Assembly: GCF_001194135.2 (NCBI RefSeq)
Contig: NC_068986.1
Span: 116,458,108 to 116,507,991, forward strand
Direction of reading: 5' to 3'
Length of the DNA: 49,884 nt
Origin: Octopus bimaculoides
Lineage: Eukaryota
In this document: positions 12,850-26,760 of the stretch, piece by piece
How the letters are laid out: each line of letters opens with the position of its first letter
Numbering within the stretch: the stretch's first letter is position 1
Notes under the pieces: model-generated
What the model was told of the DNA's origin: nothing
Seen by the model: the letters and a program-made list of their open reading frames with translations, nothing else
Databases searched by the model: none
Position numbers and translations under genes: made by a program

Positions 12850-13345
12850 TTCCGATCATCTTCCACCATCTCGGTAACTGCAAAAAAAAAAACTAATGAA
12901 AATGTTCACCGTTTGTTGATAAACAACGGGAAAACTACCGCCGTTGATACGTTGATGAAAGTTCGACAGTAATATTGTATACAGATTAGTGGCTTTGTTA
13001 TCAGAAGCTGATTAAAGTAGATTGGGATGTGGAATGTGTTGTGCGTTAAAAAACAAAAACATACATTTTTTTTCTTAGAATTGATATTCCAATGGTCGGA
13101 TGAGTCGAAGTTTAATTCCTTCGGTTCCGACATCAAGTCATGGTCAGGTCATAAGGGTCAAGTATGCCTTCTGATGTAGCTAACCCCCGGCTGCGACATA
13201 AACTGTGCAATTTTTCTTCCATACGCCAATAGTGATAAAGGCGATCCTGGAGATTCCAGACAGACAACGACTCTAAATATACTGCAGGAATAATCAAGGA
13301 GTTCCTCTGACAGAAACGGATCGACATGGAATACTGAATAATCAG
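12850..13345 (+). mobile_element. Tc1-family transposase remnant
   Basis: Fragments WSDESKFNSFGSD (first catalytic D) and FQTDNDSKYTAGIIKEFL* (second D), with stops and frameshifts. Confidence 0.75.
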
Positions 13346-13956
13346 GACAATTGCATGATTTTATGACATCCACAAACCGAAGGAAAAAAAACAGGAAGAA
13401 ATTCAGATATGGTCACCAAATTTAGAGATTCAGTACCTCGTAAATATTTTGGATATTTGGAGTTCCCAATCAAGTATAAACGCAAAGTAATTTAATCCTT
13501 CTCAATCTTTAATTTACAAGCGCCATTTTGTTGAAAATTAATTGTTAAAGTTTTCTTAAATTAGGTTGGGTTTTCGTGTTTGTGACGTCATTGATACTGC
13601 CAATAATTGCATTAGACTAATTTAATATATCTGTGATTAAACCTACATCTTTAAAAGATTAAAGCATTCTCTTTCTATTTGTTTATAATTTGATCGTAAG
13701 TGACTAAATGAATGGAAATATTTAACCATCGGAATACTCTTGTTTTTAATCTGAGGCCACATCTATATATANNNNNNNNNNNNNNNNNNNNNNNNNNNNN
13801 NNNNNNNNNNNNNNNNNNNNNNNNNNNNNNNNNNNNNNNNNNNNNNNNNNNNNNNNNNNNNNNNNNNNNNNNNATATATATATATATATATATATATAAC
13901 ATAAAATTCCTTGTAGCACATTTCTGACACATTCGCCCCTCCTCCTCCTTGATTAG

Positions 13957-14049
13957 GTCTTGGTTTCTCTCCCTCCCATATATGGAACCGCCCTTCCAAC
14001 ACACGACGCGAAAATGCAGAAGCAGCAAAGACGGACAGCAACGAAGAAT
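13957..14049 (+). CDS. Candidate N-terminal exon of the SMOC-like gene (93 nt, phase 1-1)
   Basis: Pyrimidine tract cccctcctcctccttgattAG and strong donor GAAT|GTAAGT. Frame (G)LGFSPSHIWNRPSNTRRENAEAAKTDSNEE(C/Y) is open and phase-compatible with extracellular-domain exons. All three frames are open and no domain motif is present, so this is unproven. Confidence 0.3.
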
Positions 14050-14639
14050 GTAAGTCCCAGAATCTGACGTCCTCACTGCCATTGTCTGTCTTATCTCTTC
14101 AGACCTCCATCTCATTCTATTGTCAAACTCTTCTTCCTTCTCCTTTCATCCTCTCCTCCTTCTATTACTCTTTTTCCATTTCCTTCTTCAACGTACCTCT
14201 CATTATTCTTGTTCTCTACAATCGCTTGCAATGCTTCTTTCGATTATTTCCACTTCTAATCTTTCTCCTTGGACCTCTCTCTCTCTCCCTCTCTCTCTTT
14301 CTTTTCACAGTCTTTCTCTTACACTCATCTCCATAGCTCCGATATACTATTTCTCACTTTCTCAATTTCTCAGCCTATACATTTACACACATTAATAAAT
14401 ATGCATATACATATGTGTGTGTGTGCGTGTGTGAGTGTGTATTCACATTATGTATGAACCTATCTTTGCAATGCTGTAACATGACCACGAGTCTCTTAGG
14501 CAGGGCACAGTGGTGGAAGGGTAAGGTTTGATGTTTTTCAATTTCTACTCAAATGAAAGTTTTACAGTAGCGAAACGAAATTGAAAGCAACAATTAACAA
14601 GATTATACGAGCAGATCTTTTCCATCGTGTAGCACTTCC

Positions 14640-15540
14640 ATACTGGAGTATTATGGCATTGTACAACTGAAGCATAACACTGCACAACACTGCTTCAACC
14701 CAACGTTGCAACTTTGCACTGCGCAACAACTGCATCAGTACGATGTTATTTTAGAATATCACTCAGGCTGTGTAAAACTGCACCTCGACACCACAATTCT
14801 CAAAAAAACACTATTGTATCGCTGCATGACTGCAGCCTCAATATCACTGGATCACTACATCATAGCACTGCATCACTGCACCAATCCACCACTATATTAC
14901 TGTACTGCTACAGCATATCATTCTCTTACAAATACACCACTTTGATGATGTCCAGGCTGAGTTATTCTATACGAAGGATAAATCTGTAACAGTGAGGTTC
15001 TCTTAATAAATCTTCCTCCACATTGCAGCTCGATGACGCCTCCATTACATCACAGTATATATGTCCGTCCCTAATCACAGATCTCTCGCCACTTCCATTG
15101 TAGGCCTTCGCATTACATTGCATTACATTAGATTTTCCTCTCCTTAACATGGCAGTATGTATCCACCCACATCATAAATAAGGTCCTCATTACCTCTACA
15201 TCACAAAAATGTATCTTCTCCTCTACATCACATTTGGATTTCTACACCCCTTTGCATCTGAGATAGCTTCCTTCATTTAACATAACGGTAATAACATAGA
15301 AAGGCCTGACACCAACAATACAAGGAGGTCTCTCACCGCTATACCTCATTAGATCATCTCTTCCACACATCATATATATAGCAACCAACCACTCCACATA
15401 CATATCATCCCTCCTCTTACATCACACCGAGGTAGGTCTCGCCCTCATTACATCAGATACATGCCTACCTCCATTACATTACTGACTCTATCATCCTCTC
15501 GTCTCCCACCATCATCACCACATTACAATTAATATAAGAA
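14640..15540. repeat. Degenerate low-complexity region built from ACTGC-like then CATTACATCAC-like motifs
   Basis: Recurrent ACTGCA(C/T) in 14640-14930 and (C)CATTACATCA(C/G)A in 15040-15530. Confidence 0.55.
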
Positions 15541-15915
15541 AAACGCCACTACTGCACATACAGGTCGGACCAGCTCATGGTTCATCAAGGAACTGTGTTC
15601 TCTCAAGCATTTACATTTACACTACATTCAAAACGGCGCACGATGGTTTCCATTTGCTCGGTAGCGTGGGATGCAAATAAACACAGCAATAGGAGGATGT
15701 TCAGGAGAGAATTAAGGGGAACAGTCACACAAGAAGGAAACCCGATACATTTGAATGTAAAATATTGCTTTAAATTTTACAAGGATTCGAAACCGGAACG
15801 TCCAAATTTATTGATTTCTCGTTAAGGTATCTGATGAGAAATCAATTGGTTTTTGACCTTGAAGCTTTGAAACCTTTGTGTCGGACGCTTGTACGTGTAC
15901 ATATATGCGCACATA

Positions 15916-15947
<32 letters not shown>

Positions 15948-15986
15948 CACAAGCACGTGCACACAGATGCATACAGATGTATATTT

Positions 15987-16017
<31 letters not shown>

Positions 16018-16599
16018 CTTGTATTTATGAATACATGCATATATATGTATATATACACATATATATAGATAGATATGCATGTGTATGTATATATATANNN
16101 NNNNNNNTATAAATATATATATATATATGTATATATATTATATTTATGTGTGTATAGTTTTCTCTCTCTTCCTAGCACTATAGCCCTTCACCTCTTTCTA
16201 ATGCTAGTATCCTCTCTTAATTTGTCGATTTAATTAGTAAGTTAATTAATAATCTGTCTCTTTATTGCAATCCCTATCTTCCCTCCTCTTTCTCTCTCCA
16301 TTTCTGTCTATCTTTCTCTCTTTTTCTGTGTTTCTATCTCTATTCCTCTTTCGCTCTCTCTTTCTCTGTCTGTCTGTCTCTCTCTCACTCTCTGAATAGA
16401 TATGTATTGTTTTTTTCATTTGTTAAAAGAAAGCTGTTAATGTTAACCCAGACATGATACTAACCCATTATAATTGACATTAGATACTAAACAAATATCC
16501 TAAGTATGAATAGTATTGGTTTTAATCTGATGAAAATTAAAGCATGGCTTGCTGCATGACGTCTCAGTTTAATATCGAAATCTTCTTTTATGACCATAA

Positions 16600-17040
16600 A
16601 CAACTTAGAGGCTGATTGGTGTGTGCTTGAGGCTGCAATGTGACTCTGTTGTCATATATAGGACTTGAGAATAAAGTGGCGGGACACCTGAAGAGTCATG
16701 CAGTGCCTGGTGTGTAGAGCTGTAGCGTGGTTGGACATTTGATCTGTAGTGTGGGTGGACACAGTGTCTGATGTGCAAAACTATTGTTTTGTGAGACAGA
16801 ACAATTGGACAGCTAATGAATGTCTGATATGTTGGCTGATGGCACCAGACACTTGCAGAATCATTCACTGTTTGATGTATGGGCCTATAGCATAGTGTCT
16901 AGTGTTGTTGGGACTTGGTCAGCCGTGTGGTTCCTGATCTTCAGGGTTTTTGCGTGTCTGGAAATTTAGAGAATGATCTAGTGCAGAGCTGTAATATAGA
17001 ATGAGTGGACACTTGGACATTGATTTAGTGTAAGATATAT
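16600..17040 (-). mobile_element. Degenerate RTE-clade endonuclease remnant
   Basis: Fragments resembling WPTTLGHYAIG, VSWCHP and IVLHIR of RTE APE domains. Confidence 0.4.
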
Positions 17041-17191
17041 TCTTTTCTACTCTAGGGACAAGGCCGGAAATTTGCGGGGAGGGGGCCAGTCGATAAGATC
17101 GATCCCAGTACACAACTGGTACTTAATTTATCGACCCCGAAAGGATGAAAGATAGTGTCAGATATATCGTTCTGTAGTATAGTGTAACTGA

Positions 17192-17308
17192 ATACTGTAG
17201 TGTGCAGTGTAGCGTAACTAGATACTGTAGTGTGCAGTGTAGCGTAACTAGATACTGTAGTGTGCAGTGTAGCGTAACTGGATACTGCAGTGTGCAGTGT
17301 AGCGTAAC
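17192..17308 (+). repeat. 30-bp minisatellite, about 4 copies (ATACTGTAGTGTGCAGTGTAGCGTAACTAG)
   Basis: Units start at 17192, 17222, 17252 and 17282, with 1-2 substitutions. Confidence 0.95.
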
Positions 17309-17548
17309 AGGACAGATCAAATCAGAGATGATAATTAGCCTTCTACGCAGTCGCGTCACCTGGTAGTAATTGCAGCTAAATCTTCCTCGAATGGACTTCT
17401 ACCACTTTATAGAAAGGAAGAACGCACTGGACAATGTATTCCTGGGCAGATATACAAAAAGCTGCGATGGTAACGGTTGGAACGTCTTTGAATATAGATC
17501 TGTTTATCAATGCTGATAAACAGCATTATCTCAACGACAGCAACAGTA

Positions 17549-17604
17549 ACGACTGAACCGGTACAAATGGGAAGTTACGACTGAACCGGTACAAATGGGA
17601 AGTT
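17549..17604 (+). repeat. Perfect 28-bp tandem duplication ACGACTGAACCGGTACAAATGGGAAGTT
   Basis: 17549-17576 is identical to 17577-17604. Confidence 0.95.
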
Positions 17605-17869
17605 AATCATTAGCAATATTCACGCTATCTTTGGCAATAATCAGTCATCTAGAACTGAACATATTTAGAAATACAAGAAGTGGTGCATCAATAACCATGT
17701 TGTTATTGGTTCGATTCCACTGCGTAGCACCTTGAGCAAGTGTCCGCTAATGTAGTCTTGATTACTGCCTTTTTTAAGTGGAGTATGGTAGGCACAACTA
17801 TTCCTATATTCAGTTGCAGTCTCTAAAACCAGGCATTTAAGTTCGGCAAACCATTGAAACAGATCCTCA

Positions 17870-18120
17870 CCATCCAAATCCACCGGGCAAAGCGTGTTAT
17901 GTGGATGATCAATGAAGTTTCACGAAACCAAGTTTTCTACAGCGAACCGGAAATTGTAAAGAATGCGCAGAGAAAGCCTGGCTGAAGGACCGCATAAAAT
18001 TCAATCTAAAGAAGTTCGGGATAAACGCGAGTGATAGAGAAGAGAGCTAGCAGTATATCGGAATGACTGAAGGCATACAGTAAAAGAAATGATCGCAGTA
18101 TATTTGAGAAAATGAAGATT
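17870..18120 (+). mobile_element. RTE (BovB-like) LINE 3' coding fragment
   Basis: Frameshifted KQVFYSE..KDRIKFNLKKFGINASDREE..VYRND(W)RHTVKE, matching the RTE C-terminal pattern. Confidence 0.6.
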
Positions 18121-18261
18121 AGATATACTGATCTGAAACGTGCCTTACGTAGAGTCTCCTTTCCAAATCTATTTGATAATCTGAAGAGTTGGAAGTGTGG
18201 TGCTGTGAATGTGTTCTATCGAAAACTGGTTTTATTAATCGCCTGAAATTGTAGATACACA

Positions 18262-18424
18262 GGCGCAGGAATGACTGTGAGGTAAGTAGCTTGCTTACCA
18301 ACCACGTGGTCCCGGGTTCAGCCCCATTGCGTAGCACCTTGGGCAAGTGTCTTGTACTATAGCCTCGGGCCGACTAAAGCCTTGTGAGTGGATTTAGTAG
18401 ACGGAAACTAGAAGAAGCCCGTTG

Positions 18425-18463
<39 letters not shown>

Positions 18464-18674
18464 TTGTGTGTGTGTGTGTCTGTTTGTACCCCCAGCATCG
18501 CCTGACAACCGATGCTGGTGTGTTTACGTACCCGTAACATTAGCGGTTCGGCAAAAGAGACCGATAGAATAAGTGCTAGGCTTACAAAGAATAAGCTCTG
18601 GGGTCGATTTGCTCGACTATAAAAGCGGTGCTCCAGCATGGCCGCAGTCAAATGACTGAAGCGAGTAAAAGAGT
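18262..18674 (+). mobile_element. SINE family B, near full length
   Basis: Same head, core and tail as 10166-10551, with an internal (TA)n(TG)n. Confidence 0.88.
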
Positions 18675-19929
18675 ATACTTGCAGACCAATCTGCAGATAT
18701 CAATCTCTTCTTATCGGCAATATGCTGCTTGTGCAGTGTGCAGTGAAAGGTGAAAGCCAAAATCTGAATTATAAAGACAATACACAGGGAAACTAAGTTT
18801 CAGTCAATAGGCGAGTCTCTCTGTGGTTACAGGACTTACTAGAAATAGCAAGCAAATCTTCTTTAAATTAAACCTTACCAAATAGAGCACGTCACGTTAG
18901 ATAATGTAGTTCTAGATGCACAAGGCCTGAAAAATATTCAAAATCAGATTTGTTCAGTTATGGCTGACCTATACAGCAAGAAAAAAAAACTAATGCATGG
19001 ATGAAGGTAGAGCATAAATCATTTAGAACATAAAACTGCCTGAATAAAATATGTGGTAGAAGAAAACATCGATTAGTTGATGACTAATAGACGTCGCTAT
19101 GTATGGTAGACACCTTTAAAAATGTTACCCACTCTTCAGCAGAAGTGCATTATCCTGATAAACTTAAAATATCAATTATAGAATAGCTGAGTAAACCTTT
19201 ATAATTGTGTAATTAACTGGAATAGAATAAAAAGAATTATTAGAAAGGTCAATTATTCTGAGACATTATCCACTTGATTTCATCCATCATTCACAACTCG
19301 GATTTAACATTACCATTTTATGTTCGGGGTCCTTCATTAAAGTAATCCAATCTGTTGCACACATGTTGGACCAGGTTTCTCGTCTGAGAACCGGTGCCCT
19401 GCTTCCTACTGCAGCAACACGAGGATCATGGTTTATTCCGCCCTTCTACGCCCTGTTGCCGGTCTCAGAAGTCTTACAAAACGGTTATTGGCACTGGTCT
19501 TCCTGGCCAAGCCATAAACATTTGGTAGTTAAATGACTGGAAAGATACTTGCATTACACATCCAAAGTTAGATCAAATAATATTATAGACAGAAAGCCAG
19601 TATCTTATATTTCATACGAGAAACTTAACGAGAAAACTTTATTTTGAAATTAATCAAAAAACTATATAAGTTCTGTCAGAACTGTACGGAAGATCCATCA
19701 TTTGGCTTTGTGAAAGATTATAAAGAATTTATGCTAAATACGTCATCCCTCAGTTACGATATGACAAAATGCTTGAAGAAATATTTAAAAAACAATTGTT
19801 CTGCTTCATTTAGACTAGTATCAATCCCGAAAGAACTGTGGGAAATTTTGTAAAAATTGCAGATGATGACGATAATGATGATGATGATAATGATGATGAT
19901 GATGATGATGATAATAATAATAATAATAA

Positions 19930-20262
19930 TGCAAATCAAAGCAAATCACCAAGATATATCTATAAAAAATCATGTTGATAAAAATGAGTCTCCTAACTAA
20001 TATGGTTGTCCCCACAGACAACGACGTCGCTGTCAAAGAACTCGATAAAAGACTGAAATACAAAGACTAGTTATGGAGATTGCCATATAGAATGCCGTTA
20101 TTATTATATAACCTGTTATTATAGGGGTATTCGGGGTAATAATAAAAGGAAATAGAAAAATGCATAGATAGGATACCAGGAAAACCATGCTTAAAAGAAA
20201 TAACGGAAAAGTATTTTAATGGCCACTGCGCACATTTTACAAAGAATACTGTCGCCTTAAAT
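19930..20262 (+). mobile_element. R4/Dong-like LINE 3' fragment
   Basis: Degenerate RLE C-terminus (VVPTDNDVAVKE..KYKD; VIIGVFG; MATAHILQRIL) following a (GAT)n(AAT)n tract. Confidence 0.6.
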
Positions 20263-20370
20263 TTCATTGTTTTATAGAATTTATATGAATACAGCAGATA
20301 TCAACGAAAATTATAAAAATAATTGTTTCAAATTTTGGCACAAGGCCAACAATTTTAAGGAAAGTGAGTT

Positions 20371-20700
20371 TGTCGATGTCATCGGCCAAGCGCCTTATTT
20401 TATCGACCCCAGAGAGATGGAAGATAAATTGGTCTCAGCAGTATTTGAGCTCAACGATTCCGCTAACTTAGCAACTTATTTAATGGCTTCCAGTTTAGGC
20501 AAAAGGTCAGCAGTTTCTTTAAAAGAGGATATAAGTCGACACCACCGAACCCAGTATTTGACTGGTATTTCATTTTATCGAACTTGGATGGAGGAAAGGC
20601 AAATTTAACCTCGGCGTGATTTGAACCGAGAACGAAGAACCTCGGAGTAATTACTGCAAGGTATTTTGTCCGACGTTCTAACGATTCTACAGACTTGCCA
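20371..20700 (-). mobile_element. Two degenerate family-A SINE fragments
   Basis: Two partial ATCGACCCC / CTCGGCG..ATTTGAAC bodies. Confidence 0.6.
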
Positions 20701-20740
20701 GTAGTAGTAGTAGTAGTGGTGGTGGTGGCGGTGGTGGTGG

Positions 20741-21260
20741 TTTCTTTATTGGTCACATAGGCTGCAAAAACATTTGGGACAATACAATGACAAGGATAGC
20801 GGGAATTTACGTAAAGCAATAACAGTTAAAAGCATCATAAAATTCTACAATGGGGTGGGGAAGAGGCACCACCCTGAGGCGACCAAGGAACCCCACAGAT
20901 CTGCAGTCAGCCCGTTAACTAGGAGTGCCATGGAAAGTGCTCCCCTCTTCGCCGTACTTTTCAGCCCAGAAGCGTATGATTACATGAAGTCCATTCATTA
21001 GAGTCATTCTCGCTATCTTCACTCAACTTTTACAAATATAATGGGGAGCAGCACCTAACTCTCCCTCCTCATTTACCTGTCCAAGAGGGCTTGGACGAAA
21101 AAGAAAGTGTCTCTCTTCAGTCCTTTCGCTCGCATTCACCACACAACCTCTTTCATCATAATTACTTGAAGGAGAAAAGATCTGTTTGCCGTTGCCAACC
21201 AACGGAAGGCGCGACGCAATCTGCACGATGAAGCCGGTCGTTAGCTAGATTCGTCTTAGC
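20741..21260 (-). mobile_element. L1/Tx1-clade LINE 3' end; a second shorter 3' fragment at about 21318-21640
   Basis: Minus-strand IMMKEVVW*MRAKGLKRDTF-like C-terminus and a 3' end reading TGTGACCAATAAAGAAA. Confidence 0.55.
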
Positions 21261-21266
21261 ATAATA

Positions 21267-21297
<31 letters not shown>

Positions 21298-21469
21298 CAA
21301 CGACAGCAATAATAATTCCTTTTATTGGCCACAAGGGCCCAAGACATGGAGGACAATATTAAAGGAGCAGATACAGCACACAAAACATGTGGGGCTTACA
21401 TCGATCAAAAGGAGACACTACAACGTTAAAAGGTATAACAAAAGGATATATAAATAGAAGTTAGAGAAA

Positions 21470-21500
<31 letters not shown>

Positions 21501-21645
21501 AATCTCCAATAAGGGAGCAGTTCACTTGAGGTAATTTGGGGTGAAACCCATGCGAAAGGCCTGGATTACTTTGTCGTCCACAAAAATTGGGAAAAGCCAT
21601 CTTCCAGTTTCTTTTCTCTTAGAAGAGCATGCCCAGAGTAAATCC

Positions 21646-21681
<36 letters not shown>

Positions 21682-21897
21682 CCGTTCTACTGTAGGCACA
21701 ATGCCTGGATTTTTATGAGGAGAGGGACAATCGATTACATTGAACCCCAGTACTCAGCTGGTACTTAATTTATCGACCCCGAAAGGATGAAAGGCAAAGT
21801 CGACCTCGGTGGAATTTGAACTCAGAACGTAAAGGCGGACGAAATACCACTCAGCATTTCGTCCGGCGTGCTAACGATTCCGCCATCTCGCCGCCAT
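21682..21897 (-). mobile_element. SINE family A copy embedded in (TAA)n
   Basis: Full body with (TAA)n on both sides. Confidence 0.85.
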
Positions 21898-21899
21898 CC

Positions 21900-21900
21900 G

Positions 21901-21962
<62 letters not shown>

Positions 21963-21989
21963 AAGAAGAAGAAGAAGAAGAAGAAGAAG
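21900..21989 (+). repeat. Compound (TAA)n-(GAA)n microsatellite
   Basis: Read directly from the sequence. Confidence 0.97.
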
Positions 21990-23555
21990 ATGGGTTACCG
22001 ATGTGGGAAGAAAGACTCATCAATGAACCATCTTCTGTTTATGGATGACCTGAAATTGTTTGGGAAATCTGAAAAATAGATAGATTCATTCCTTAACCAA
22101 AACAGTCCAGAAGTGTTGTAGGGACATCGGTATGGAATTTGGGATCACCAAATGCTCAGTACTAATATGAAAAGAGGGAAGAAAGCAGCCTGCAGAGGAT
22201 TGCGGCTACCATCAGGAGAGACCATATGTGAACCCGACGGTAGTGGATATGGATATTTAGGGATTTTGGAGTTGGATGACATTCTACACAGAGAAACGAA
22301 AGTCAAGGTCAGCGAGTCGTATTAAAGAAGAGTGAAGATAGTGTTGAAATCCAACCTGAATGCCAAAAGTTTGATTACCGCAATGAATATCTGGGCATTT
22401 GCGGTGGTCAGATATAGCGCGTCCATCCTCAAATGGACTAAGCAGGAAATATCAACACTGGATAGAAGGACGAGAAAGTTGATGGAGCGCTACACCCGAA
22501 AGCAAACGTAAACAGACTGTATATGAAAAAAAAGAATGGTGACAGAATACTAATTAGAATAGACCATTGTATAAGGGGTGAAAGGAGAACGCTTGCCGAG
22601 TATTTGATAAATAGTGATGAAGACCTGCTGCAATATGCTGCGAAAGATATGGGTGTAAATGCAGATGAAATGATGGGCAAGGAAGAGTTTAACCAAAGAG
22701 CTGAGGAGAAGAGAAAAGAAAACCTTCTTGAAATGAGAATGCATGGACAGTTTGAAAGGAATACACAAGATGTTAAGGATAATACAGCATTGTGGGCATG
22801 GCTTGAGCGAGGTGACTTGAAGCGTGTCACCGAAAGCCTGATCATTGCTGCACTAGACCAGGCTCTCGCTACCAATTCAGTGAAGTATAACATCTATAAA
22901 ATCTCTGACACCCAGAAATACAGACTCTGTGGAAAATATGACCCACTTGGTAAGTGGATGTGAGAGCCTTGCATAAAAAGAATACAAGCGTCGCCATGAT
23001 AAAGTGTGTGTGTCTCTTCATTGGCTCTTATGCCGTAAATACCAATATGAAGTAACAGAGAACTGGTATGAGCATGTACCAAGTAAAGTTATGCAGGAGG
23101 ATGGAAAAGAAATGATACTCTGGGACTATGATTTTCAGACGGATCGTGTAATCGAACACCGTCGGCCGGATATTGTCACATTGAATAAGAGAGACAAATA
23201 CTATCAGATCATTGGTGTAGCCATACCAAATGACATGAATATTGTAAGTATAGAGGTTGAAATAAATCACCAACTACTCCGAATTGAAAGTGGACATGAC
23301 AAGACTGTACGGAATGCGAGAAGGTAATGTAAAAGTGAAACCACTGGTGATCGGAGCGTTGGGCTCAATCCCATTGAAACTTCAAGACTTCTTAAGGCAA
23401 CTGGAAATCCCATGCAAGGTTGATGTCTTGCAAAAAGCAGCCTTATTGGGCACAGCGCACATCTTAAGCAAAGTATTATCTGTCTGAGATCCTTGTTGTG
23501 ACTTGACAGATGACTAAAGACTCTTGTGCATTTTTACCTACACTGTGTTACGAAG

Positions 23556-23556
<1 letters not shown>
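21990..23556 (+). mobile_element. 5'-truncated R4/Dong-clade non-LTR retrotransposon (RT C-terminal half, zinc-knuckle remnant, RLE) with (TAA)n tail; pseudogenised
   Basis: NHLLFMDDLKLFGKSE (RT motif), YGYLGILE, MHGQFER, LKRVTESLIIAALDQALATN, RRHDKV, LWDYDFQTDRVIEHRRPDIV (PD-(D/E)xK nuclease), PLVIGALG, KAALLGTAHIL. (TAA)n tail at 23557-23638. Confidence 0.9.
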
Positions 23557-23615
<59 letters not shown>

Positions 23616-24246
23616 TAATAATAATAATAATAATAACAGCAACGGACCNNNNNNNNNNNNNNNNNNNNNNNNNNNNNNNNNNNNNNNNNNNNNNNNNNNN
23701 NNNNNNNNNNNNNNNNNNNNNNNNNNNNNNNNNNNNNNNNNNNNNNNNNNNNNNNNNNNNNNNNNNNNNNNNNNNNNNNNNNNNNNNNNNNNNNNNNNNN
23801 NNNNNNNNNNNNNNNNNNNNNNNNNNNNNNNNNNNNNNNNNNNNNNNNNNNNNNNNNNNNNNNNNNNNNNNNNNNNNNNNNNNNNNNNNNNNNNNNNNNN
23901 NNNNNNNNNNNNNNNNNNNNNNNNNNNNNNNNNNNNNNNNNNNNNNNNNNNNNNNNNNNNNNNNNNNNNNNNNNNNNNNNNNNNNNNNNNNNNNNNNNNN
24001 NNNNNNNNNNNNNNNNNNNNNNNNNNNNNNNNNNNNNNNNNNNNNNNNNNNNNNNNNNNNNNNNNNNNNNNNNNNNNNNNNNNNNNNNNNNNNNNNNNNN
24101 NNNNNNNNNNNNNNNNNNNNNNNNNNNNNNNNNNNNNNNNNNNNNNNNNNNNNNNNNNNNNNNNNNNNNNNNNNNNNNNNNNNNNNNNNNNNNNNNNNNN
24201 NNNNNNNNNNNNNNNNNNNNNNNNNNNNNNNNNNNNNNNNNNNNNN

Positions 24247-24600
24247 CCAGCAGATGACAACGTTTCTCTAAAAGAAATGGAAAAACTTTCAAAATACAAA
24301 GACCTGGAAATAGAGATAACTCGAATGTGGAATCTAAAAACAGAAACAATTCCTATCATAGTAGGTGCCTTAGGTATAATAAAAAAAATATTCAGACAAA
24401 TACATAACAAAAACACCAGGACTTACAAATATATATAACATACAGAAAATTGCACTACTGGGTACTGCACACATTCTACGCAAAACACTTTCAATACAGT
24501 AAACATAAGAGCACCACAGCAAACCACAGCACATACCCAAGGCGCACAGAGCTGCGCTCGGTAGTGAAGTGAAAGCACGTTATAAAAATAAAACTACTGA
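24247..24600 (+). mobile_element. R4/Dong-like 3' end of a second family, with (TAA)n tail; 5' part in gap
   Basis: PADDNVSLKEMEKLSKYKDLEIEITRMWNLKTETIPIIVGALG, IALLGTAHILRKTL, then 3' UTR and TAA tail. Confidence 0.88.
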
Positions 24601-24615
24601 ATAATAATAATAATA

Positions 24616-24824
24616 CTTTCAAATTTTGCTACAGAGGCAGCAATTTTGGGGGAGGAGATAAGTCGATTTCATCGGCCCCAGTGTTTCACTGGTACTTAAT
24701 TCATAGACCCCGAAAGGATGACAGGCAAAGTAGAACTCGGCGGAATTTGAACTCAGAACGTATCGGCAGACGAAATACCGCTAAGCATTTCGCCTGGCGT
24801 GCTAACGATTCTGCCAGCTCGCTA
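24616..24824 (-). mobile_element. SINE family A copy
   Basis: Full body, lying between an R4-like tail and a (TAA)n(GAT)n tract. Confidence 0.85.
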
Positions 24825-24834
24825 CCTTTTGATG

Positions 24835-25960
<1,126 letters not shown>

Positions 25961-26149
25961 AATCAAAGCAAAGCCAAAATATAATAACAATTATGATTTC
26001 CTTTATTAGCCACAGGAGCATAGCTGAAGGGGACATCACGAGGATAGACAGCAATTTGTGTGGGGGTTGACATAGAGGATGAGAAGAAAGAAATGGCAAA
26101 GACAGTGAAATGTGGTAAAAGTATACGTAGTTTAGAAAGTATGCGATAA

Positions 26150-26760
26150 GAAAACTGATACAGTCCTCCTGATACAGGGGAAACTCCAGTTAGGGCCCAT
26201 CAGGAACCCTACAGACCCGAGATTACCCTGACCACCAACTGTTGCTCTTCAATCTACATGCACATGCTTAGAGTAGAGCCATTCACTCTAACCATTTTTG
26301 CTGCAGTCACCCATCTTTTCACGTCACTGGGGGGTGAGCTAGCACTTCACCCTCCACCCTCGCTTTCTTTTCCAAGAGGAATTGTTAAAAATCGAGGAAG
26401 GCATTCTCAATTCTTTCAGCCTCATCCACAAGACAGAGGAACACCGCCTGCCCTGCATTGTTAAAGGTGGGTGATGGGGCGATCCTAACGATGGGTTCAG
26501 CCCGATTGTGGATTCGTCCCACATGCGATAACAGCTGTTCGACATGACTCCACAAGTCAGCAATACTCGGACACTACATGAGCGCATGCAGACGGTACAA
26601 GGCCACACATTGTAAAGAGCGAGTACAGACGGTCTTATTGACCACAGAGCTTGTTCATATTCATCAATTCCGAAAGCGAACTTGATTTCTGTATGAGTGG
26701 AATTCAAATGTAAAGATCTGTAAATAAATACCACTAGACATTTTTCTCTCCTTATCTCTT
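26150..26760 (-). mobile_element. Possible CR1/Jockey-type LINE 3' remnant
   Basis: Weak resemblance of the minus-strand translation (VLALYN..WPC; HPPLT..RR) to RT-downstream motifs. Confidence 0.3.

Noticed and set aside
15830-15886. CTGATGAG...GAAAC...GTC, resembling a hammerhead core
   Set aside because: Stem I does not pair and stem II is irregular, so this is probably chance.
17192-17308. CRISPR-like appearance of 28-40-bp repeats (also 17549-17604 and 27195-27590)
   Set aside because: The units are directly tandem with no unique spacers, the context is eukaryotic, and there are no cas genes.
17123-17359. ORF with 10-aa repeats PVTLHCTLQY
   Set aside because: It is a by-product of the 30-bp minisatellite, with no splice or domain support.
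19644-19853. Non-repetitive 69-aa ORF
   Set aside because: No recognisable domain, a non-ATG start, and no exon boundaries.
23510-24438. Long ORFs of 250-360 aa (also 32672-36418, 41194-42014, 48997-49743)
   Set aside because: They are open only because they run through N gaps.
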